Assembly (NCBI RefSeq): GCF_009914755.1
Contig: NC_060929.1
From: the human T2T-CHM13v2.0 reference genome, Homo sapiens
DNA length: 64,000 nt
Strand: one strand, 5' to 3'
Positions 48,658-63,568 of this stretch are shown one piece after another; the stretch's first letter is position 1; every line of letters starts with the position of its first letter. Made by a program: the position numbers and the translations under genes. The notes under the pieces are model-generated. The model made no database searches and was not told where the DNA came from. It saw only the letters and a list, made by a program, of their open reading frames with translations.

Positions 48658-48820
48658 GCAGAACTTCTTAAACTGTCATGTGCAAACGAATCACCTAAGA
48701 ATATTGTTAAATTGCCTTTATGAGTTTCAGATCCAGTAGGTCTAGAGTGGAACCTGAAATTCTGCAATTCTAACGGTGATGCTTATGCTGTCAGTCCAGA
48801 CCACACTTTGAAGAACAAGA
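48658..48820. mobile_element. MER5A-like hAT MITE
   Basis: gaatcacct...cagtaggtctagagtggaacctgaaattctgcaattctaac...accacactttg. Confidence 0.75.
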
Positions 48821-48839
48821 TTTCAAAAGGCCCAGTGCA

Positions 48840-48990
48840 CAGTTATTTCTTTATAAAACTGACAAAACATTATTTGATAAAATAACATTACCATTCTGTT
48901 TTCTAGGGTTGTTGTGAGGATTTATGAGATAGTAAACATAAAGCAACAAGCACAAGATATTTCAAAGATGATAAAACCTATTAATTGAAT
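48840..48990 (+). mobile_element. MIR fragment
   Basis: tagggttgttgtgaggattt. Confidence 0.55.
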
Positions 48991-50295
48991 AAACAAGAGA
49001 TGTTGTGTATTATGGTTAATTTTATTTAGCTGAATTTACCTAAGGCAGATAATTTGAAGGGCTCATTAGGATAGAGTAGGCAGGTTGGCATGAATTTGTT
49101 AAAAATATTAAACTTAGAGTTGTGGGACTTTAAAAGTGGAAGTAAATTCATCAGTGGCTTTTAGTCATGGTGATGACAACAGAAAAGCAATACTTTTATC
49201 TGGCCAAGTTAAAGCCTGAGAAACTAGTGAGGATGCTTTTGCAGCAATATATATCTGACATGATGAGAGCATGAGGGTAATGGTGGAAGTAGCGAAAAGG
49301 AAGAAAGTGAAAGGCCAACATTTATTGGGTGCCCACTCTCAGTCAGATGCTATGTCTTACATTAGGATGACTGCATGACAAAACTACATGGGAGACTTTC
49401 AAAGTGTATGCATGCATGTGCCTCACTCTGTATTACACCACAATCTCAGCAGGAGGGCCCAGGTAAATATTTTAAAGCTCTTCACAGGGCATGTGCACCA
49501 CTGTTTGTCTATAAGATTTCCTCTCCCCAGACCTCTTACAAAGAGACTACCATTCTTTTCCTTCCCTGCTTCTCCTACTGTAGCCTAGTGACCTTCATGG
49601 AATATCACCATGGAATAGAAAAATGGTTGTACCAGACACCCTTTGCTCTACACCCCAGACAGCTTGCTCTTCTTATGCTCAAAGGTCCAGATTGAAAGTA
49701 AGAACTATTGAAAATTAGCTGTTATTCATCTTTATCTTCCTGTCCTACTGAATTTTAAGGCAACAGATGTTTTTCCTTACTGAGCAAATGGTCTGAAGCT
49801 GTAGATAAGAAAGTTGAATATTTCAAGATCCTTTTTCACTCTAGTAAATGGCCTGAGTGAGGCTACGATTTCAGGTCTGACTGAGTCCCAAGTATATATT
49901 ATTTCTACTACATCCCTCTGCCAAGTATTGAAAGCTATCTAGGAAAAAGCAATTAAGTTAATAACGACATTTGTTTTTCCTTTTCTAAGACAGAAAAGCC
50001 ATTATTTACTCTTGTAAGAACTGGATTCTGAAATATTAAGAAACAGGTGGAGTAATTATAGAAACATCTTCACATAGAGTTACAAGGCCCTCCCCACAGG
50101 TCCCATTTACATCACACATCTTCACCTCCTCCTTAGTTCATATTTCTGGTCCAACTCATATTTTAAAAATCTGAATATCACTATTTCTTATAGATCTTCT
50201 CCCACTTTTATTTTATCAATGTTCTTTTATGTCTCTAACCTGTTGTGACTAGGTCAAACCTTCTCCCTTCTACCAAAGCAAAATTTGTAAAATCT

Positions 50296-53200
50296 AAATT
50301 ATTGACCTTAAAAAGGAAGGAAAGAAAGTGATAGTGTTAGAAAGTTTTTTCAAAGAGATAATTCCAGTGAAACTTCCCAAATGTAGAGAAGTATATCAAC
50401 ATTCAAATACAAGAAGGTAATAGAACCAAGCAGATTGAATGCAAAGAAGATTACCTCGAGGCATTTAATAATCAAAGTCTCAAAGGTCAAGGATAAAGAA
50501 AAGATCCTAAAAGCAGCAAGAGAAAAGAAACAAATAACATACAATGGAGCTCCAGTACATCTGGCAGCTAGTTTTCAGTGGAAACCTTACAGGCCAGGAG
50601 ACAGTGGCATGGCACATTTAAAATGCCAAAGAGAAAACCTTTTATCCTGAAATAATATATCTGGTGAAAATATCCTCAAACATAAAGGAGAAATAGAGAC
50701 TTTCCTAGACAAACAAAAACTGAGAGACTTCATCAACATCAGAACTGTCTCACAAGAAATACTAAAGGAAATTCTACAATATGAAAGAAGATAATGTTAA
50801 TGAGCAAGAAGGAATCATATGAAGGTACAAAACTCACTGATAATAGTAAGCACACAGAAAAATACAGAATAGTATAACACTGTAATGGTGGTGTGAAAAC
50901 TACTTCTAAGTACAAAGACTAAATGATAAACCAATAAAAAATAATAACCACTAAAACTTTTCAAGACATAGACAGTACAATAAGACATAAAGAGAAATAA
51001 CAGAAATCAGGGGGCCAAAGTGAAAGTGTAGAGTTTTTATTAATTTTCTTCTTGTGTGTTTGTTTGTTTGTACATGCAATCAGTGTTACATTGTCATCAG
51101 TTGAAAATAATGGGTTATGAGATAGTATTTGAAAGCCTCATGGTAACCCCAAATTAAAAAACATACAATGGATACACAAAAAATAAAAAGCAAGGAATTA
51201 TAGCATACCACTAGTGAAGAGTGGTTTCTCTTTAGTGAAGAGAAAATCACCTTCACTAAATGGAAAACAAGAAGGAAGGAAAGAAGAATGAGAAGGCTGC
51301 AAACAACAAGAAAATAAATTTTAAAATAGCAGGAGTAAGTCCCTACTTAACAATACTAACATTCAATGTAAGTGAACTAAACTCTCCAACAAAAGACATA
51401 GATTGGCTGAATGGATGAAAAAACAAGACCCAATAATCTGTTGCCTACAAGAAACGCACTTCACTTATAAAGGTACACATAAACTAAACATAAAGGGATA
51501 TAAAAGAATTTTCCATGCCAATGGAAACCAAAAAAGAAGAGGAGTAGCCATACTTATATCAGACAAATAGATTTTCAAGACAAAAACTGTAAGAAGAGAC
51601 AAACAAAGTCACTATATAATGATAAAGGATTCAATTCAGCAAGATGATAGAGCAATTGTAAATATATATGCACTCAACACTGGAGCACCCTGATATATAA
51701 AGGAGATATTATTAGAGCTCGAGGATTAAATAGGCCCCAATACAGTAATAACTGGAGACCAATACACTACTTTCAACATTAGACAGATCTCCCACACAGA
51801 AAATCAACAAAGAAACATTAGACTTAATCTGCATTATAGAACAAATGGACCTAATAGATAATTACAGAACATATTATCCAACTGCTGCAGAATACACATT
51901 CTTTTCCTCAGCACATGAATATTTCTCAAGGATAGACCATATATTAGGTCACAAGACAAATCTTGAAACATTCAAAATAATAAAATAATATGAAGCATCT
52001 TCTCTAACAACAATAGAATAAAACTACAAGTCAATAAGAGGAATTTTAACTATACAAACACATGGAAATTAAACAATATACCCCTCAACGACCAGTGGGT
52101 CAATGAAGAAATTAAGAAAGAATTGAAAAAATTTTTAAACAAATAATAACACAAACACAGCATACCAAAACCTATGGGACACACTGAAAGCAGTACTAAG
52201 AGGGAAATTTATAGCTGTAAGTGCCTACATCAAAAAAGAAGAAAAACTTCATATAAACAACTTGATGATACATCTTAAAGAACTAGAAAAGCAAGAAAAA
52301 AGCAAACCTAAAATTAGGAGAAAAAAAGAGAAATAATAAGGGTCAGAGCAGAAATAAATGAAATTGAAACGAAGAAAGCAATACAAAAGGTCAACAAAAC
52401 AAAAAGGCTGTATTTTGTAAAGATAAGCAACATCGACAAATCTTTAGCCAGACTAAGAAAAAAAGAGAATATGCAAATAAACAAATGAAAAAGGAGACAT
52501 TACAACTGATACTGCAGAAATTCCAAGGATCAATACTAGTTACTATGAATAATTAGATGCCAATAAATTGGAAAATCTGGAAGAAACTGATAAATTCCTA
52601 GACACATATGACCTATGAAGATTGAATCATGAAGAAATTTGAAACTTGAATAGACCAATAGCAAGTAATAAGATGAAGCCATAATAAAAAGTCCCCCAGT
52701 AAAGAAAAGCCTGGGACTTGATAGTTCACTGCTGAATTCTACCAAACATTAAAAGAAGAATACCAATCCTACTAAAACTTTTGTGAAAAATAGAGGAGGA
52801 GGGAATACTTCCCAACTCATTCTACAAAGCGATTATTACCCTGATACTAAAACTAGACAAAGACACATTAAAAAAAAAAAAAAAAAGAATACTGCAGGAC
52901 AATAACCCTGATGAATATTCATGCAAAAATTCTCAACAAAATACCGGCAAAATGAATTCAACAATACATTAAAAAGGTCATTAATCATGACCAAATGGTA
53001 TTTATCCCAGGGGTGCAAAAAGGGTTCAACATATGTAAGCCAATCAATGTGATACATTTTATCAACAGAATGAAGGACAAAACCCCTATGAGTATTTCAA
53101 TTGATGCTGAAAAAGCATTTGATAAAGTTCAATATCCCTCCATGATTAAAAAAAAAAACTCAAAACACTGGGTATAAAAGGAACATACACAACATAATAA

Positions 53201-55466
53201 AAGTCATATATGACAGACCCACAGCTAGTATGATACTGAATGGGGAAAATCTGAAAACCTTTCCTCTTAGATCTGGAACATGACAAGGATGCTGACTTTC
53301 ATCACTGTTATTGAACATAGTGCTGAAAGTCCTAGCTAGAGCAATCAGAAAAGAGAAAGAAATAAAAGGCATCCAAATTGGAAAGAAAGAAGTCAAATTA
53401 TCCTTGTTTGTACAGGATATGATCTTATATTTGGAAAAACCTACAGACTCCACCAAAAAAAGCTACTAGAACTGATAAATAATTCAGTAAAGTTGCAAGA
53501 TACAAAGTCAGCATATAAAAATTACTAACATTTTTGTATGTCAACAGTGAGCAATTTGAAAAAAAATTTAAAAAGTAATCCCACTTACAGTAGACACAAA
53601 CAAAATTAAATATCTAGGAATTAACCAAAGAAATAAAAGATCTTTACAATGAAATTATAAAACACTAATGAAAAAAATTGAGGAGGACACACAAAAATGG
53701 AAAGATATTCCATTTTTTTGTAGATTAATTTCATTGAATCTACAGATTCATTGAAACCCCTGTCACAATACCAATGACATTCTTTACAGAAATAGAAAAA
53801 GCAATCCTAAAATTTATATGGAATCACAGATGACACAGAGTAGTCAAAGCTATCCACAGCAAAAAGAACAAAACTGGAGGAATCACAGTACCTGACTTCA
53901 AATTATACTACAGAGGTATGTTAACCAAAACAGCATGGTACAGGCATAAAAATAGACACATAGGCCAATGGAACAGAATAGAAAACCCAGAAACAAATCC
54001 ACACACTTACAGTGAATTTATTTTTGACAAAGGTGCCAAGAACACACACTGGGGAAAAGACAGTCTCTTCAGTAAATGGTGTTGGGAAAACTGGATATTC
54101 ATATGCAGAAGAATGAAACTAGGCCTCTATCTCTTGCCATATACAAAAATCAAATCAAAATGGATTAAAGACTTAAATCTATGAAACTACTATAAGAAAA
54201 CTTTGGGGAAACTCTTTAGGACATTGGTCTGGGCAAAATTTTCTTGAGTAATACCCCACAAGCACAGGCAACCAAAGCAAAAATGAACAAATGGGATCAC
54301 ATCAAGTTAAAAAGCTTCTGCACACAAAAGTATACAATCAACAAAGTGAAAAGACAACCCACAGAATGGGAGAAAATATTTGCAAACTACCCATTTGACA
54401 AGGGATTAATAACCATAACATATAAGGAGCCCAAACAACTGTATAAGAAAAAAAACTAATAATTCAATTAAAATATGGGCAAAAGATTTGAATAGACATT
54501 TCTCAAAAGAATGTCTGAAATATCTGAATACAGGCATATATTGAGATGTTCAACATCACTAACAATCAGGGATGTTCAAATCAAAACTGCAATGAGACAT
54601 CATCTCACTCCAGTTAAAATGGCTTTTATTCAAATGTCAGGCAATCACAAATGCTGGCGAGGATATGGAGAAAAGGGAACCCTCATACACTTTTTGTGGG
54701 AATGTAAACTAGTGCAACCACTATGAAGAACAGTTTGGGGGTTCCTCAAATAACAAAAATAGAGCCACCATATGATCCAGCAATCTCACTTCTGGGTATG
54801 TACCCAAAAGAAAGGAAATCAGTATATTGAAGAGCTACCTGCACTCCTATGTTTGTTACAGCACTGTTTACAATAACCAAGATGTGAAAGCAACCTAAAT
54901 GTCTACCAACAGATGAATGGATAATGAAAATGTGGTACATATACACAATGGAGTACTGTTCAGTCATAACAAAGAATGAGATCCTGTCATTTGCAACAAC
55001 ACGGTTGGAACTGTAGGTCGTTATGTTAAGTGAAATAAGCCAGGCACAGAAGGACTAAGATCACATGTTCTTACTTATTTGTGGGATCTAAAAATGAAAA
55101 CAATTGAACTCATGGAGATAGAGAATAGAAGGATGGTTACCAGAGGCTGGTAAAGGTAGTTGGGGAATTGTGGGGAAGTTGAAGGTGAAGTGAGGATGTT
55201 TAATGTGTACAAAGAAAATAGAATAAGCTATATTTGACAACACAACAGGGGAAATATAGTCAATGATAAAATCAACTGTGTATTTTAAAATAACTGAAAG
55301 AGTATAATTGGATTGTTTGTAACACAAAGGATAAATGCTTGAGAAGATGAATACCTAATTTATGACTTGATTGTTTTGTATTGGATGCCTGTACCAAAAT
55401 ATCTCATGTAGCCCATAAATATACACACCTACTACGTACCCACATAAATTAAAAATAAAAAAACAC
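50296..55466 (+). mobile_element. 5'-truncated L1MA2-like LINE-1, from mid-ORF1 to poly(A)
   Basis: ORF1/ORF2 remnants; 3'UTR aaaacaattgaactcatggagatag...aacacaaaggataaatgcttgag; TSD aatttgtaaa(a/g)tct at 50282-50295 and 55467-55480. Confidence 0.93.
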
Positions 55467-55729
55467 AATTTGTAAAGTCTTCTTCTTTTTAGTTTGAGAC
55501 AATGAGAACAGTGGACCCCACTCAATTAAAAACCCATTGCATTAATAATCCCATTACAACCCTGAATCCCTTTTCAAAATTGGCATTTTCTCAGTATTTA
55601 TGTCTTCTTCATCTGTGTTCTTTTAAAGTTTTAAATGCATGTAGTGTTGCATTACCCTGTGATGTTTTCTTTGGAGCCTCTCTAAAATATAGCTATTATA
55701 TTATGATTTACTGGGAATAGATAGGAAAC

Positions 55730-55855
55730 TACATACTAAAATCATTTGAGGGCTTTGAAAAATATTGTTGCTTGGGCACAATTAAATCAGAATCTCTGGA
55801 ATAGAACCCAGATGTGAGTATATTTTTAAAAGTCAGGATTGAGAGCTGCTACTTT
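55730..55855. mobile_element. MER5-like fragment
   Basis: caattaaatcagaatctctgg...ggattgagagctgct. Confidence 0.55.
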
Positions 55856-56359
55856 AGATCATACGCTGCTTCAAGATAGGAAATTTTCCTTCTCTTTTCC
55901 CTGGGAAAACAAAGCAAACTAAAAAAAAAAAAGGGAAATTAGGGCATTGGTCTATCCACAAGGAGCCGTAGCAAGGTTTGGAGGCCTGGAAACTAGAAAG
56001 CTCCCAAGAGGCGAATCTGGAAGTCATAGAATCAGAGGACATAATTCAACTGAGGATATCTACTCAGCTATTATACTAGGTGCTGTATTTGTAGTCTTCA
56101 TTTCAGCTGAGAGTCCTAAGCCCGTGAAAAGTAACTCTTGCTCAAAATTAATTATTTAGTTAAGATCAATTAGTTGTATTTCTCTAGTCTACTCAGAAGG
56201 CAGTGGGAAAAGGGCAGAGTCAGGCATGCCTTAATTGTAGCTACATCTCACTCAGTCTCCCATGTAGCACCTGGATTTTTCAGGTCTCAACATAACTTTA
56301 TTTCATATTTAGTAGATGTAAAGATGTTCTTTTCAGATTCATTTAATAAAAGGCCCAGA

Positions 56360-56990
<631 letters not shown>

Positions 56991-58242
56991 ATAAATGATG
57001 GATTCAGCCCAGTTCTATTTGTTGCCAACTTTTGTGATAGAATGGAGCATGGAAAGTAAAAATGAAAAAAAACTCAGTATATTTAATGATATAAACCAAA
57101 AAAAAAAAAAGAAAAAAGATTTTCTTAAAAAGAAAAAACATACTAAATATTTGTGATGATAATGAAAATTTGGTGGTGGGAGAGAAAAAAATGTTGTTGT
57201 TTTATTTTGCTATATTTATGATGTCTCAGTATTCTTTCTACTTGTTCTCCCTTTAGCAATCCAAGCGTTGTTAGGGAAGAAATGGCTGACTTTAAATTCA
57301 AGTTGAATTCTCTAAACTCCAGAAGGAAGTATTGTCACTTCCGAAGCCAAAATAAAAATTTTGTCTTTATTCTTATTATATTCTCCAGGGAAATTTCAGC
57401 TCCTCAATGCAGTCCCCAGAGACATGCTGCTGAAAGGCTCTTTGGATATGCTGCTGAAAGGCTCTTTAGCTACTCTGAAGAAAAAGATCTCAAACTTCCC
57501 CTGAGATCCACTATAATTGCTGGTTTTAGATATTTATACATAGAAAGTCTTTCTTCTCAAAATAACTTTTCAGAGAAGTATTTTCCAAAACTATCATTAA
57601 TATTAAAATTCCATGATAAAGGAGTTAACCTCATATCAAACCAGGAAGGTTGTAAACACGTTTTATGAATACCTAAGGAATCCATTGCAAATAAGAAAAT
57701 GAAAGTACACAAAAGAAAGTGTTTTAAGCCATCAGGAAGAATTGTGTTCCATTTAGCTCTTGCCATGGTTACTCTTCTATTTTGTTTTCCTTCAGTGTTT
57801 ATAAAATTAGTCAATGCTATTTTATTTTATTTTTATGATTACCTTTGGATGTATCATTATAAATAACCAATAAATTTTTTCCTTCTGAAAGGTAAACTTG
57901 CACATTATTGTGTATGCAGTTAGCATTCAAAGAATACTTACAAATTATCTACTAATCTGAGTGATATGAAATTTTCATTTTCATGAATTGAATGTAATTT
58001 TATCAACAATCTCACATGCCAAAGCTCATATCTAATTCTTGGCAGTCACCTTTTCTAAATCAACTAGCTTATATTTAATTTGTGAATATCTTTTAAAAAT
58101 TCAGGTTTGTCTGTTCATGTCACAAAAGTTTAGCGAAATTTTTTCTCTTCTTAGTGTAAACATTTGCTCTTTATGACAAGTAAATCATATTTCTTCATAG
58201 TATAATTATTTCAAGTATTTAAAAAATATTTTCCTTTATAAG

Positions 58243-58558
<316 letters not shown>

Positions 58559-59924
58559 TCTTATAAGTCTTAACACACTTTTCTGTAAGTCACTGATTTT
58601 AATTATATTCATTTAATGTTAAAGAAAAAAAGTGTGAGTAGGTGAATTAAACCAGAATATTTCAGCTTTGTGTTTTCTTAGACTCGATATACTATCTATA
58701 TGCATATAAATCACAAATTAGCTAACAATGTTATTTTTAAACACTATTTTAAAATTGAGTTTATCCAAACATAAAAAGGCAAATTCCTTATGTTACCATT
58801 GCACCAGGGGCTTAGTTAGGTTTTTTAACTATTTCAGTAACAGTCAATCCTAGAACATTTTTCTTTATCCTACTCTCTTTCTTTCCCTCTTACAATAGAA
58901 TATTTCACAATGAGAAATACAAATCTCCCTGTATGCTACAAATAGAAATCACGAATGTTGATAATGTCTAATAAAAGCATACGTAAGATGACTGTACATG
59001 TTTCATCACTGATTAAACTGTTATATTTTTTCTCTCCCACAAACCAACAGGATGTCCACAAATAATACATAACATTATAAAGATGACACACTCAGATTGT
59101 CACTGTGTTCTCTTTACTGCCTTTTCTATTCTCTTTTCTATAATGTAGTTCACTTTGCAAGATCGTTTGTCTACTAAAATGTGGACATAGCTATGCTTTC
59201 AAAATGTTGGTATCCCAGAGCACCTGCATTTCCCAGAAGGTAATTCTAGTTCTTTCCCTTAATGTTTAATAAGATTCTTTGTCTATATAGTGAATTCACT
59301 CATCCACATCTCAGTTTTCTACCCTTTAATTTTAGTGTATGTGCATTTAGAGATTGTTTTGATTATTCTCTATGCTCTTTTCTTGGGCAGATGCTTTTTT
59401 GCTTACCTAGGAATTTTATGTTGACTTTATCTAATAGTTATGTAAACACTTTCATGTGCCAATTCTGCATTGTCCCAGTTCCAGTTTCAGCAGCCCCTCA
59501 GAGATGTTCATTCACAATCTTATCATTTGTTTCTTACACAGCAGAATATGCAAGATATTACATATTCTGGTATGAATATGTAATATACATAAACATATTC
59601 ATATACTTCATGTACATGTGCCCTGGCCACATAGCTGATCCACTGTTAGAACTTGTCTCCAGGGTTTTAATTTCTCTCTCTCCTTTATATTGAAACTAGA
59701 AACCAAACTCTAGACAGTCTTACACTGAGTTTTCCTAGTCATTAATCTATGTCTTCATAGCTTAATTTTGAATAACAAGTGCAAAAATCACACTATTTTT
59801 TCTGTTGGATTGTCAAAATAAGATTGGTTACCAAATGACATGGCTTTCTTCTGAAGCTCTAACAAATAGGAGAATCATAAAGTCAAGTTGGTTCTATTAA
59901 AGTGAACGAGTAAAATCCTCTCTG

Positions 59925-60407
59925 TGACTGAAGGACTGAAAAGAAAAAGGCAGCCCTGCTGTTAATCAGGCAGGGAGGACAGATGGATAAAGGCAGCTGC
60001 AAAGTTAACAGCAAATGTTTTTTCCAAGGTCTTGTAGCAGCTATAAAATGCCATCATGATTCTCTCCTTGAGTGACCACTGCTTTGTTACCCATGACACC
60101 CCCAGACCTGCTTTGTCACATCTGTTATTGGGGATATCCAGTTGCTAAACTGCCCTCATCTCAAGACAGTACTCAGTTCCTAGCTAATTCTCACTTCTCC
60201 TAATCTTGCAACAGAAAGATTATCCAACCCAGAGATGCTCTCCATTCCCTTAGAGCTTGCTCATAACCCTCCAGCAGGAACCCAAACCTTGTAGAGTGCA
60301 CATTTGAGGTTCTCTGGAATGTGCTCCCTTTCCTGCAAATCAATAAATCTGATTTTGTCGAACTATAGGTTTGAGCTGGGTAGTCTTTGGCTGGTTAAGC
60401 TTTGACA
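59925..60407 (+). mobile_element. Probable old ERV solo LTR
   Basis: LTR-like composition, caataaa at ~60341, ends ...ctttgaca; family not identified. Confidence 0.5.
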
Positions 60408-60662
60408 GATATCAAATAGAAAATATAGAAGAAAAAGAAACTGGAGAGTTTGAATAATCTTGTCAGATATTTGGAGTTTTAAAATAAGATTTCCCAAATG
60501 TCAGAAGTTTTTTCCAGGGCCTATACATTATAAGAAAAAAGTCTTTTAAAAATCAAATGTTTTCAAGAAACACAAAGTATTTCAGGCTTCATGATTTCTC
60601 CCAGAGTTGACAACTTCCAAAAATAAAAATTTCTTCCTTTAAAATTGCTTTAAGTATTCTCA

Positions 60663-60663
<1 letters not shown>

Positions 60664-60694
<31 letters not shown>
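60664..60694 (+). repeat. (CA)n microsatellite inside an L1MA 3'UTR remnant
   Basis: Direct reading. Confidence 0.9.
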
Positions 60695-60697
<3 letters not shown>

Positions 60698-61150
60698 TAG
60701 GTATATGAGGAGAATTTTTTAAATTAGTGAAAAAATTAATTAAAAATAAAATATAAACTTTATTTCTCAACGTAAGCTCCATCAAGTTCAAGGCACTTCT
60801 TTAAGAGTTGATACCAGGCATTTAGTTTATCCCTAAAGAACTGAGAGTCCTGGGAATTTAAAAATGTTAATGCAGTCTTTTTTACACTATTAACTGAAGA
60901 AAAATGAGGGTCCTTTAATCGTTTTTTTTAATTAAAAAGAAAAGTCAGAAGGAGACAAATCAGGACTGTAAAGTGGATGCCTAAAAATTTTATATTGAAA
61001 CTCTCAAAAAATTGTACTTGCTTGGTGAGAGGAATTAGCAGGAGCATCGTTGTGGTGGAGAAAGACTCTATAACGAAGCTTTCCTGGGTATTTTTCCGCT
61101 AAAGCTTTGGCTAACTTTCTCAAAACATTCTCATCATAAACAAATGTTAT

Positions 61151-61690
61151 TGTAACAGTGGAGGGAGACTTAGCATGACTGAATCCTTTTTGCCTCTCAC
61201 CATCCCCAGTGATAATATCCTTTAAGTTAAAAGCCTCTGTTTAGCTTTGCATGTAGACCAGCTAATTATAGGAATAATTTAGTTTACAGTTCAACTTTAG
61301 AGAAAATGGTAACAGTGCTTTTCCTCAAACTAACTCCTGGAGAGATAAGGAGAGTACATGCACAAGTAAAAGTGTTTGTTAAAGACTTATGGGAACATTG
61401 TGACCTGACCAAGAATAAAAAAATTTCCCAACCTCCTTGGACCCTCACTGGTGCCTGAATTTCTGTAGTCATCATCTGTCTCTTCACCTCAACCCCTTCT
61501 TCTTCCCCTTCCGTTAACATAAAAAGAGCCTGAAAGGTGTACTAACTTAAGATGGTTCTTTAGGTTGCTAGTCTGCCATCTTCTTGGTTTTCTGGCTCTT
61601 CTAATAAAGTGGCTTTCCTTGCCCCAAAACCTTGTCTCTTGATTTACTGGCTGTCATGCAGCAAGTGGTACAAGATTGGACTTGGTTACA
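61151..61690 (+). mobile_element. ERV1-type solo LTR inside Hsmar2
   Basis: tgtaac...gttaca termini; AATAAA at ~61603; 4-bp TSD ttat/ttag. Confidence 0.85.
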
Positions 61691-62311
61691 TTAGTGTTCT
61701 TTGGACCTCCAGAAAGTCAACAAGCAAAATGCTTTGAGCATCCCAAAAAGCTGCTACCATGACCTTTGCTCTTGACCGGTCCACTTTTGTCTTGACTAGA
61801 CCACTTCTGCCTCTTGGTAGTCATTGCTTTGATTGTGCTTTGTCTACAGGATCATATTAATAAAGCTATGGTTCATCTCTTGTTTCAATTCTTTGAAGAA
61901 ATGCTTCAGAATCTTGGTCTCACTTGTTTAAAATTTCCGTTGAAAGCTCTGCTCTTGTCCTCAGCTGATCTGGGTGCAATGGTTGTAGCACCTTTCAAGT
62001 GGAAACTAACTTTTCAGTCAGAATTGTGTAAGCTGAACAAATTGAGACCAAACAAAATGAATTTTTTCCTCGCAAATTGATGTGGATGATCTGCCGCTGC
62101 GGAATTTATCTTCATTATCATCTAATTCCTTCTTCAAACAAATTATCTATTTGTAAATTGCTGATTTGGGGAAAAAGGATATTGTCCTCATAAGTTTTTC
62201 ATAAAACATCAGTGATTTCACCATTCTTCCACTCAAGCTTCACCATAAACTGGATGTTTGTTCTTGCTTCAATTTTACCAGAATTCATGTTGTTCTAATA
62301 GGGGCTCATTT

Positions 62312-63568
62312 CTTTCTTTCCTTCTTTTTTTTTTTTTTTTAAGTATCTTAGACACCTTCTTTCTCTTACTTTTAATTTTTAGTTTGTAGTAGGAGGAATA
62401 ATTTCCTTTTTTCATGGTTGTTGTATTTTTTCTTTTCCTTACCTAGGTCCTCTGTAAATTTTGACTCAAATGTGATAAAGTTTCACTGGTAATTATGCAG
62501 CTTGTTTCAAATTTTTGATAAATTTTGTTTACCAGATTGAGGAGGTTCTCTAGTTCTAATTTAATAAGAGAAACATAAGCAAATGTGAAATTTTTTCAAA
62601 TACTGTTTCTGCAACTTTTGATGTGTTTATTTTTTTCTGTTATAATTTGTCATTGCAGTGAATTACATTGATTTCTTTTTAATATTTCAATAGCTTTTGG
62701 GGAACAGGTGGCTTTTGATTGCATAGATAAGTTCTTTAGTGGTAATTTCTGACATTTTGATGCACCCATCACCCAAGCAGTGTACACTGTACCCAATGTC
62801 TAGCCTTTTATCCCTTGCCCCCCTCCCACATTTCCCCTGAGTCCTCAAAGTCCATTATATCATTCTTATTCCTTGGCATCCTCATAGCTTAACTCCCACT
62901 TATAATTGAGAACATATGATATTTAGTTTTCCATTTCTGAATTACTTTACTTAGAATAATGGTCACCAACTCCATCCAGGTTGCTGTGAATAACATTATT
63001 TCATTCTTTTTATGGCTGAGTAGTATTCCATGGTGTATACATACCACATTTTCTTTATCCACTCTTGGGTTGATGGGCATTTAGGCTGGTTCCATATTTT
63101 TGCAACTGCAAATTGTGCTGCTATAAACATGTGCAAGTGTCTTTTTCATATCATGATTTCTTTTCCTCTGGGTAGATACTCAGTAGTGGGATTGCTGGAT
63201 CAAATGATAGATCTACTTTTAATTATTTAAGGAATCTCCAAACTGTTTTCCATAGTGGTTATACTAGTTTACATTCCTACCAGCAGTGTAAAAGTGTTCC
63301 CTTTTCACCACATACACGCCAACATCTATTTTGTTTTATTGTTTAATTATGACCATTCTTGAAGGAGTAAGGTGGCATCTCATTGTGGCTTTCATTTGCA
63401 TTTCCCTGATCATTAGTGATGTTGAGCATTTTTTCATATGTTTGTTGGTCATTTGTATATCTTCTTTTGAGAATTGTCTATTCATGTTCTTAGCCCACTT
63501 TTTGATGGGATTGTTTGTTTTTTTCTTGATGATTTGTTTGAGTTCCTTGTAGATTCTGGATATAGTCA
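62312..63568 (-). mobile_element. 5'-truncated L1PB (62672-63568) plus ~330 bp extra 3' sequence and poly(A), inside Hsmar2
   Basis: ORF2 C-terminal fragments ([17 protein letters not shown]); L1PB-type 3' end; TSD aataggggctcattt (62297-62311) / aatagggactgtttt (63569-63583). Confidence 0.85.
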
